The position numbers were made by a program, and so were the translations under genes. Shown here one piece after another: positions 1-12,000 of a stretch of DNA of 64,000 bases. The DNA lies in contig JAHLWR010000013.1 in NCBI GenBank assembly GCA_019057815.1, forward strand, positions 53,873-117,872, written 5' to 3'. This DNA comes from Candidatus Heimdallarchaeota archaeon. GTDB taxonomy: Archaea > Asgardarchaeota > Heimdallarchaeia > Heimdallarchaeales > Heimdallarchaeaceae. Every line of letters starts with the position of its first letter. Within the stretch, counting starts at the first letter, position 1. Below the pieces are notes generated by a model. That model saw only the letters and a list, made by a program, of their open reading frames with translations. It was not told the origin of the DNA and made no database searches.

Positions 1-3000
1 CAAAATATTCCCCATTGTAGAAAACTTCCAACAAGTTTTGTACCAAACTCCAATAACTCTCTAGTACCAAATTTGAAAGTATTACCTAATTCTAAACTAC
101 TAAGAGCGTTTTGAGGGCTAAGTTTTTCGATATATTCTAATAACATTCTGTCAGATTGTGACCATGATGAGGGATTATCAAAATCAATATTTTTACCAAC
201 AGCCTCTTTCTTCCAGAACTCCCATTCTTTTGTGTTTTTGATTTTTTTGCTTAAAAGATCTTGAGCTTGATGTGAGGGTTCATCGATGTCACTTAAGACC
301 ATTAATATGTCCCCAGGAATTTGAGAGATAGCCAAACCTCGAAAGAAATTGTTAGGATCGAAAATAGCGTCACGAACATCTTGCCATAAAGCTGTAATTG
401 AGAAACGAGCAAGAAACATTTCCATAATTGTCATGAAAGTAGATTCTTTAAGACCTGTGCCTAAATTAATTCCAGGGATAACAAAGTTGTCACTCATTCC
501 AAAAAACATTTCATAACTAATTTCATCTTCGGCACCTATCACTTTGTAAATAACAATATCAGCAGATTGATTCAAAGAGTCGGGGTTTCGGACATCATTA
601 GGGTTGGTAACACCTAATTTCTTTGTGTTAGGAACATAAACAGTGGAAATATTTGCACCTAGACTATCCGAGATTACAACACTAAAACCTGTTTTTCTTA
701 GAACTTCAGCAATATATTTGACTTGGGCTGCCTCATTACCTCCAATGGCGACACCTTCAGATTTTGCTATTTCGTTAGCAATAGTCTTTAAATAAACCAT
801 AAAGAGGTTCTCACCACCAAAATTATAATTTTCGCGGTTATGAGCTCTATAATTTAGATGAAGTAACATATCAGCGTTGGATTGAACATAGGGGTATTCT
901 TCTTTGGAAACTATCCCAGTACAACCTCCAATATGAAATACCCATTCTAGTAAGAGAATAAAACGGAGTAAGTAATAATATTTTTTCTCTGCCCAATCCG
1001 TAAAGTCCCCTTTTAATAATGAACCTAAAGTGCGCATGAAGTCATTAAAGCTTAATTCTCCTGTCAAAAACGATTTTAATAAGTTAAAGATTGCTGTGAT
1101 TTTTTGCCAGAAATTAATGAAAGAAGTCTTAATTCTATTACCCCAACTAATGAGGAAATCTTTAGTTTTACTAAATACTACTTTAGCAGAAACAAGAACG
1201 TTTCTAAAGAATTGTAAAATGTATTTTCCAGGATTGCTAAAGAACTCTACAATTTTAGCTTTGAGTGTATTAAACATTGCACTTAATCCTGAAGCTATCC
1301 AGTTTGGTCCTCCTGTCATATCTAAGATGACCATCCCAACGAGCATTATTCCCGCAATAATAAATGTTTTCTTGACTATGAAGGTTAGAAAACGACCTTG
1401 TATGTTACCGTATAACATGAGTCCGCCTGTGAGTAACATTATTGAACCGAGTATAGCATATATGTGGAAGTGTTCGTCCGCGTTTTCTATCCATCTATCT
1501 AATAATTCTCCGCTCTTAAGAACATCGATAAATTGTTTAAGAGGACAGTAGAAGTTGTATCTGAGATAGTTGATAAAGTTGTTCCAAGATGATTTAACAA
1601 ACTGTAGAAAAGCACCTTCCCAATCATAATTAAGAAGATAATCTTCTAACGTTTGTTGAGCATAGAGTAGACTTTGAGGAGTGACAGTTCTTTCATCTGG
1701 AACGACATAATCGTAAGAGAACAGTTTGAGCAAAACTTGTGAAGTGAAAATAAAGTTACCATCATAATGATTGTTAAATTCAACACTAAGAGAATTAAGG
1801 AAATGAGCAATATACATTCCATTATAAAGCACATGTAATTCTTTAGTAAGAAGGTTAATAGTAATAACTCTATCTTGTAAGGTGATACGAAATTGTGTAG
1901 TATTAAAACCTTCTACGTTGTTATCAGTGATATTAAGTACTAAGTAATCGATTGGACCAGTGTTATAGTGTTCATCAAAGAGATTCCAATATTCTATGTT
2001 AATAACATCATTCAATTCTAAAGTTGTACCAACAGAAGTGATTTCCATTGTATAACTGTTTTCTTGAACAGCGAGTAGGTCGTGGTTAATACTAGTGTCT
2101 CCAGAGGTTGTTGCAGTGTATAATTTAATATTTTCTAAATCCTGTGTTTGAAGGTTTTTAACTTCTAGATTGTTAATAGATTGATAATTGCTTTGTGTTG
2201 TTGTAGAACATGGTACCATCTCTTGTAGCTCTACTTTTTGTATTTGGATTTCATGGTATTCATGAGCAGTATTTTGATCGTAAATATATCCAAAGACAGC
2301 ATAACCTATACCATCCGTTTCATCATAATCAGCAACACCTATCCAGACGATTTTAACAGTGTGAATAGCTAAACCATCACAATAAAAATAGGACATGAGA
2401 TATTTTTTACTAGAGTATGAACGACGGGCAATATCTACAGGAGCATAAGTGAAAGTGTTTGTTCCTCCCGTGTATTCGTCAAGAGCGAGAAATATTCTTC
2501 TTTGTCCTAATTTATCCATAAGATCTATGTGATAATCTGTAGGTTGAGCAACAAGTGAGATAAATTCATTGATACCTTCGATAGAAAGGGTGAAGTTGAG
2601 AGAGTTGTAAGCATTTAAGTCATTTAACACAAAAACAAACGTGTGGAATCCAGCTGTGTGCCATGTGGTAGAAATATCATCGCCATTGTATGTGTTTGTT
2701 AAATCATAAGGTTTCATAGTAAACTGGAAATTACCATTTGCATCAGCTAACAAAAGTTCATTTCTGAATGATGAAGCATTGAAATCGTTAGGTTGACGAA
2801 TAAGGAAACCATCAATGTAAATTGCTAAGAAACTAGAAAGATTGAGGTTGGAATGTAAAATATACTGCAAATCGGGAGTGATTTCGGTTAAATGTCTAAT
2901 TGTTGTGCTTACAACAATCTGAGTATCGTTAGAGTAGAAACCTGAATCTATTTGTCCTAATTCTTCTATTGTACCATAATCTGTGATGGAGGAATATCCA

Positions 3001-6000
3001 AGTGCCATGTCATTGTAAGTGATGTTGTTAAAAATTACATCGCCTGCTAAAGGAACAGCTTTCTCGAACCATTCTGTCAAGAAGTAAGACATGGAATAGT
3101 TACTATAGATTGGGATATATTCTCCGTTCCACTCTGGAATATCTATATCTCCATTTCTGAAATATTCTCCTGTTTTATCGATATAAATATCGGGATTAGA
3201 GACCGTCCATTCAGGAATAAATGTGAAGTTGTTCGAATCCAATACTGTCTTCATCGAATCTTTGAGTAGGGTAAAGGATTTGTCAAGAACAATGTTAACT
3301 TTGAAGAAGGGTTGATAATCGTTGAAAGAACTATCATTGAAAGTCGTGTGATGGATTCTAAAAATAAAAGTATGATAACCACCGTAAAGATTGTTTAAAG
3401 GTATCTTAATTTCCTTTTCTTCATATTTATTGGCAACATCATAAGAAAATTGATAAGAAACAGGATTATCTATGCTAAATTCAACATTAGTATTGATAAT
3501 TAACGTTCCTATTGATTCTTTTTCTGTTAGTACAGTGAAAGTCATATCGAATGCAAAAACGTCTGCAAAAGTGAGGTTAAGTCTCTCTTTGAGATTAATG
3601 TACCCCAAATCATCTGAAAGAATAGGTTGCCATGTACTATCAGTATTGAGTAATGCACTTGGCGTGTTTTCAGAAGGATTGATAGTTGGAAGTATAGCAT
3701 ATAGATTAAAGCCTTTTAGTTCACTTGATCCTGCAGAACAGGAGAGAGTATAATGTGTACCATCAACATAGAAATCTTTTACTTTTACTACACTATAGAA
3801 ATTACTTATGTAATCATAAGGATTAGTAACATCTAGTAAGTTTAAGGATTGTTCTGTCCCTACTTGTGTTGCACTAATGTATGCAATAAGGTTCATAAAA
3901 TTCAACGAGAAATAATGCCAATCATTGTCATCTTTAATAGGTACAGCATATTCAATATGATGATAACCAGAATAATTTGTATCGTTTAAATCATAAGGAT
4001 CGAAATTTGTAGATGTGAAATATAAATTGGCGAGAATTATCTCTAAATTAAGATTCTTCTCGTAATAGTTATAATCTTCCATATATGAAGCTTGGAGAGG
4101 TAAAGTTACTGTAAGTACATCTCCTTCAGCTATCTTATAATAGAATTCCAGACTATTTACTAGTGTAACATCGACACTTTCAACTGAAGGTATATCTATT
4201 AGATCCACTGAATATTTGGCATCAGATGGAAGAATATCAGGATTTGATGGGCTTGTATAGAGGAAGTTTGTTATCGTTTTGACTTTTCCTAAAGCTATTT
4301 TATCGAATTCTACTATATTATCGAAGTGGAGAGTGTATTTATGTAATCCTACAATGGAAAAGTCATCTAAGATGATAATAACAGGATGATTGGTTGTAAA
4401 AGCGTTATAATCTATGCAACGATAACCAAGGAATTGATCATCATCTCCATATACAGAAATATTAACAGGACCATAAAGAGGGTTAACAATTAATTGTAAG
4501 ATTCCTTTACGTGCAAAATAATCCTCTGAAAAGGTGAAAAGGCCATTATCATCAACATTGTATGACCACCCTTCTAAGTCCTTATACGAAAAGTCCGAAT
4601 TAATTACACCTATACTAACTTCTAGAAGGTAAAGAGTACCCGTGGTAGTTGACATAGAAACATGATAAGTATAACCTATGTCTATGTTAATGGTAGTTCC
4701 ATCATACTCCCACTTTTCTTCTTTTGTACCATCGTCTATGAATAATACTTGATAAGAGGAGTTGAAGTTGAAGGTGAGAGTGTAAATGTGTCCTGAATAG
4801 ATTTGATAGTCAAGTGATTGATTATCAAAGTATAAAATGTTGTCCCTTATTTCAATATTAAAGAGTTCATTATCATTGTGAGTTGTAGTAAATACAGCAT
4901 TTGTTGTATCATTGGCTATGAATGTTGTTGTAAAGGTTCCTAAACTTTCTGTATAATTACCCATAATAAAGGAGTTGCTAATGGAAGAATTGAACATTTT
5001 AAGACTATATTCTGTTTCTCCCTTTAACCAATAACTGATCTCTCCAGCACCTTGTAATCCTCTTCCATGAGAATAAGTAAGAGGAGAAGTGTAAAATTTC
5101 CCGTTTCTAATCTCTTCAATGTAAACCATGGTGTTTTCTGTCTGTATGAAAAGTTTGACTTTTGTACCACCATTAAGGTGAGGTTTCATGAAATTATTAT
5201 GATAAAAGATTTCTTCAACTATAGATTGTCCCATATCATCTTCACTATATATACTGAAGACTACATCAGAATTTTCTTTTATTTCAATACGAATCTTAAA
5301 TATCTCATCATTTTTACTAGCTTGATCATCAAAGTAAACATGAGCAAACTCTCCTAAAATATCATAACCAAATCCACCTAAATCCCAAGCGAGAGCACAT
5401 GTATGACCTAGATCGTTCATTACACCAATATATACTCTTCGGGTGGTCTGGGTGTCCCAAACATTTTGGAAAAGATTTGATAAGGTAACAAGATAATTAA
5501 CATCTTTCATATCAATATAATTTGTGCTAATTTGTCCATCGACCCATAAACCGTCTATTGACATGTAAGTATGACCTGAATCTAATGAAATATAATCACC
5601 TGTTTGTTCAGGACTGGTTGGATATATAACTAAACTATTATAGAAGAAATTAGTCCTATTAGAATAAAAACCGATATTTGATGCTTGATAACCTTGAACA
5701 GTTACACTAGTACTCGTTGCGAACCATCTTGTAGCCATACCATATTCTCCATCATTAGCTTGTTGCATGGCTCTAACTTCATCCCATTCGCTTATACCAA
5801 AAACTCTGTAACATTTGGCATAGATATCATATCTTACTTGCCCACTAGGGGTAATAGTTTTAACAATAGTAAGTTTGAGAGGTTGTAGATTCATGTTGTC
5901 TACAGAATTAGGTCCAGGATCTATACTATTACCTAAATTAACTATTTTTTGCTCGAAAAGGAGTGAATAAGTGTCACTAGCACCTTGATATTGCATTATA

Positions 6001-9000
6001 ACCAAATAAAGAGGATAAGTATAATCGATGTCTTCTACAACTTTGAAACCTATGAACAAACCATCATAGAATGAATTAGCTATATTTTCAGTAGGTAATT
6101 CCAACATCATTCCTGCAACATCTGTTCGAATATCTCCTTCGATCCAAGTACTTGGTTGCACAGACATTTCTAGTTCGAAAATAGTATTTTCATATGGGTG
6201 TGTGTCGAGGAACGCTGCCCCAGCACCACGTAGCATGTTATATGCATCACTATAGGAAAAACCGCCTTCTATCATTTGTAAATAAGTGTCAATATTTTCT
6301 TCAGGTGAATCGAAATAATAGACTTCTCTTTGCATATCAGTATTTTTTTCTATGAAACTTATACCATAAATTGCAGTAAAAGTCTCGTTGAGTTGGAGGA
6401 TAAATCCATTTATGCTGTTGTTTACCCCATAATCTGCTAAGCATTTTTCATCATATATGTTAAAATCAATAGTTTCATTGTCAATTATAACATTAATATA
6501 ATTTGAAGCAGACAAACTTATTTGCTCATATTCTTTAGAGAAACTGAAGGTTTTTTGTAATGTGATTGGACCATGTAAGAGTAAGGCTCCAAATACATTA
6601 TCAAATGAGGGAGGTTCTAAATAGAATTGCATAAAGATTTGTAGTAACACAGAACTGTCAATAGTGTTAATAAAACTAATAGGCGAATCTACAAAACCTG
6701 AAATCCAATAGTTATTAAACATTAATGGATTTGTTAGTTCTAAACCTTGATGTATTGTAATATTATACTCTACACCTTCTTCATTATGGTAATATGCTAA
6801 CAATTTTCCACCATATCGTGGCATGGCTGTGTAATTCACTAACCATGAAGGATTGTAGGGTTGTAATCCAACCATTTCTCCCTCGGTTGTTATGTTAGTT
6901 TCTATATCTGTTGGGATAACGTCGGGAACTACGGTGTTGTTGATAACTTCTCCAAGATATTTTCTAACAATGTCTCCATCAATCGGATTGACAATTCCTT
7001 GGTCATCTATTCCTTTACCAAAGGGTTCTGAACCAGCCCAGAATAAATTATTACCTCTCTCTATCCATTCTTGGAGCAGATATTTTTCAAATGGACGTCC
7101 ATAATCATCATAGTAATAATATTTCTCTAGGAGTTTAGTAGGAAGTTCATCAAAAACTACCAAAATGTACTTTTTACTACTAGTTCGTAAGGTGTTTTTC
7201 ATCCAATTCGGGAAATTTGCATCTTCAGAATAGTAATAATAAATAGGAACATCAGGATATTTAGCCTTGAAAAAACTTACAGCATTTAGTTCTTGCTGTT
7301 CTCGGGTAGGAGTGATGGCAGAACCTATAAGAAAAACAATAGCTGTATCAATATTGTTCGCATAACCAATATCTGCATAGCTGTTTTCGTTACTTTCTTC
7401 AGTATGTAAATAATTGTACTTAGCTATCTTATAGACTTCTATTTTTCTAATAGTGAAGGTTGTAGGTTTATCGAAAGATATTACTAATTGTCCAACTGAC
7501 TGATCGTTATTGGGGTATAATATCTCATACATGTTTTTATGGATTGTAACAAATCCTTGTATACGGTTAGTAAACGGTGTAATATCGTAATACTGGTTAT
7601 TAACACCTAAAGATATTGAGTTATTTTCTTCTATATCGTCTGTCATTATATCAATTGCTACAAACGGATATTCTGTTACATTTACGGGGTTGAAATTGAT
7701 GTATAGTCTTCCTTCATCATAACTAGTATGGTTTACTCTTAAGATACCGTTTTCAAAACTGACATTTGTGTTAAAGGCTATTACACGTTTATCATCAAAA
7801 ACATACATACTAAAGTAATATTCTTTAGTAAAAACATTTTCTACCCAACGTTTAGTAGTTGAATATTTATCAAAGTCTTCAGCCCATCCAAAGTCTGATG
7901 TAGAATACTCATAATCTTCTTCAGCTTCGGAATGACTAGTAATATCTGTTGCTTGTAAGGATAATAATTGTATTGGAATACGTCTATCAATCATTATTAT
8001 AACTTCATACAGTCCTTCATATCCTATTATAACGAGAGAATGACTATGGAAATCAAAATCATTATCTAAGAAAATAATTGAACCTACATATTGTGCGTCG
8101 TCAAGATTAAATATTCCATCGATTTCTAATAAGAAAATGTGGAAAGTAAGTCTTTCTGTTACGTTCTCTCCAACATAATAATTTGCGAGAGCAGTTAAAT
8201 ATAATCGTGTTTCGTTTTTTAGAAACATGTCATATGATGCTATAAAGTTTAGATCTTCAGGTGTTTCTCTTGTAATTATTGAACTGTTATCATATGAACT
8301 ACTGCTACCCAAATCTAGATATTTGAGGCTAATAATGTTGGGGAAGATTTCATTAGTATAAATTGCAGATTGTGTGATTCTTAAAGCGAATACATCAGAA
8401 TTATGGCTTACGGGAATCTCATTACTGAGTACAATAAGAGGGGCAATAGGGATATAATAATCTCCACGATATAATCCCAACAAGAGTTCAGAATCTTTTC
8501 TTCCAAATCTGAACCATATATCAGCATCGATAATACTATCATCAACATATTGAATGACTAAATACTCACCTATATAGACATTAATGGTTAGAACATCAGT
8601 AGTAATTATTTCAACCTTAAACGCTATGTTGTAGGCGTTATCTAAGAATTCAAAAGTTAGATATCCTATACAATTATAACTAATTGTTGTGTTAATATGA
8701 GCGGTCATTAAAAAGTCGTCTACAAGAACCATATCTTTCCAGAATGTTCTTCCTTTTGGTACATAGGTAAACTGTGAGAAATCAAAGAGGGTTTTTAATC
8801 CTTCATTTAGTACATAAGGTATTTCATTAGTTGCTACATTTCCATAAGCATAAGTTGCAAAATCATCAATTGTTGCAAAATCAGTACTATAATCAGGGGC
8901 TACAAAAGATGTGATAGCATTGAAAGGATGAGGATTATCAATAGGTAAGCTTTTTGTACAAACATATATTGCATTAATACCCATTGTGTTCGTAACCGTG

Positions 9001-12000
9001 TTATTTCCCAGTGAAAGTTCTTTGATTTTTATCCTATCAATATAAAGCTGTTCAATCTCATTGGTATATGTAAAAATTGTCTCAAGTTGGTTGGTTCCAG
9101 TTATGTCAGATAAAACTGACAATGTATTACCTTCTCTCATTATCCTGAAGACATTGTTATTTATATCATTAGAATGTGAAAAACTATCTACAAGAACACG
9201 ATTGATGAATAATGAGATAGTGACATGTCCTTGTTCTTCTCCTGTGAATCTAAGTTCAAAGAGATCAAGATACTGCAAATGATCTTCTAAAATAATTGAA
9301 ATTATTCCATAATTTTTATCTAACAAGTAAGTAAGTCTTGTATCTAAATAAAAATCTGTTTCAAAGGTATAATCATATGCATAGACGTTTCCGTACCAAT
9401 CTGTGCCATCTTGGAAAGGACGTTCAAAGTTAGTAGTAAGGTAAGTTGCATTTTGTAGGATGGTTTGAGAAGTATAGTAATTTATTCCTTTTATTTCCCA
9501 GTTTGAAAGATCAGAAAAGTGGTCATTTAAGATTACATATTCACTTTCCCACGGCGCATCGTATTGAGTGACAAGAGCATCTTTTAGGGTTATATCTCCT
9601 AACATCATTAATAGTGGTTCTGGGGACGCAAAATCAAAAGTAGTAATAATGTCAATGTTTTCAATTCTATAAGGTTCGATGTTTAAACTTAGATGAGGTA
9701 CTAAAATGTCTACACTGTTAATATTACTATAGAAAGTGAGTGTATTCCCTTCTTGTATCAAACGTAAGGAACTATATTGCAAAACTGTTTTTTGAATAGT
9801 AATAATGTCTGTTCCACTAGTAGAGTGTAAGCTTATTATTATTGAACTTCCAGTAAATTCTAGATGTAAATAACTATTCATATTATTAAGCGAAATTGTC
9901 AGACTTCCAATCTTATCGATTGATTCAATATTTACACGGAAATCAATCATAAAATCATAATCGGAAGAAACATTTCTAGAAAACGTTATCGCAATATTTT
10001 GTGTAAGAGTGTTTAAAGGAGTTATTTTCATGTAATTGTTCTCATTTGTTATCCCTATATCAGATACATCACAGCCATCATATGATGTTAACCAGTTTCC
10101 TGCAATATATGAATTGTACATATTTTCTTCTAATACTGTATTTACAGCTGATTCCAATGCATTATATCCCGCACTATAATAATAACTGTCAACAAATAAT
10201 GTATCTAGATAATAATTTGGATAATAATGATCATAAAATATCTCTTGTGATATAGCGATTGTATCAATCAAGAAATTTGTACTGAAAGTATGTTCCAGAA
10301 TAGTTGTACTTCTATCCAAGTCAGTTATCTGTATTTCATTTTCGTTTTTCGTAATTCGTATTTTCTTGAAAATAGATGTTGTTATTGTTTCAGTATATAG
10401 GGTATCCTCATTTATAACGATTAGAAATTCTGTGGCATTGTCTGTATCAGATAAATCTCGAAATATTATAGTGATTTTCTCATCTGTATTTCCAAACGAG
10501 ATTTGTTGGATACCTATTGAAGTAGGATCTTCACTTCCTAAAATTATAGCTATAAAATCAATAATAATATTTGAATCTAATTGTTGTTCATGACTTAAAT
10601 ATGTTCCATGGTATCCAGCTCCACTTTCTGATATCCAAAACAGATCTTTCCTCTTCAGTACATCATCTGCAAATTGAGTAGCGAGCACGTTATTTGATAA
10701 ATCTACAACATTATTAGCATTAGCAGTTACATTCCAAGCGTCAAGTGTATTGAATGTTTCACTAATTAATCTGTGGCGGAGCGTTGTATATCCAGCTTTA
10801 AATTCACATGATGCTGAGCCTAAAATAACGCGGAATATATCATATGTTCCAGCTCTGATATTGATATTCTTAATTTGTTGAAGTAGAGCAGGGGTATCTT
10901 TTGTAATTGTAAAAACAGTTGTAGAATCTACTTGGAAAGTTACAGTAGTACTTTCCTTCTTTATTGTAAAATAGTGACTATTGCCATCTGCAAGAGCAAT
11001 TTGTTCCTCATGACCGTCTATTAAAATATAATAGGTATCAAATTTTCTTCCAACAACCAAGAAAGGCTCATTGAAATTGTTTGTTAGTTCTATTTGAACA
11101 AAATCTTCGGCGGATATTGTTGTAAAATCAACATGTATTTGGAATGTGATATCTCCTGCTATGTTGACTTCTTTATTTAATACCATTCCATATTGTTCAG
11201 TTCCCATGTTTTCAATCAGTTTTATCTCTTGTAGTGTGCCATCGAGTTCATTGTATTCTACTTGTGTAAGATTCTCATCACCAAATCTTTCAGCTGTGAA
11301 GATATCAGATATTATTCTTGTTTGCCATAATGATTGCCATTGCTCTGTCTGTACATCCAGTTTTGGATAAAATATTTCATTTGTTGAATCAGTATAATCA
11401 TAAGGTGATTCATATCCTGAAGGTTCGTCACCATTATATACTAACATATCGTTATCGATGTAAGATGCGGTTCCTCTTCTATAATAGTCCCATGCAGGTC
11501 TGCTTTGTCCAAAAGGTGTAGCTCCTGCAAAACCTAACTCATCGATATATATAGGCCAATTGAAAGTTTCTACTATTTCTATCGAGAGTATAGATGTAAA
11601 CCTAATTGTTTCAGGGTTGATGGGACAGATTACTCTCTCAAATCCTTTACCATGCTCAATAACTGCTTTTGCAACAAGTGTTCTAGCTATTCCGTATCTA
11701 TCTATATCATCTATATAGAAAGCAAGTGTAACATCCTCTGGTCCTTGATTCATCGCCCGTACGTGTAATCTATCAGCTGCGTTAGGCTCTCTGCTTTCTA
11801 CGATTAATGTAGTGGTCTTGACGATACTATTGTATCCCATAAAACCTACGTATCTTATTCCAAAATATTCATCATGGATAGAGATATATTCAGAATTTGA
11901 TATGTAAACAGTAATACCTCCATTATCATAAATAATCTCTACATTGTATTCTTCGTTCAAGAGGATGGTTTCTTTTCTTTCATAAATAGAAGTATAACCA

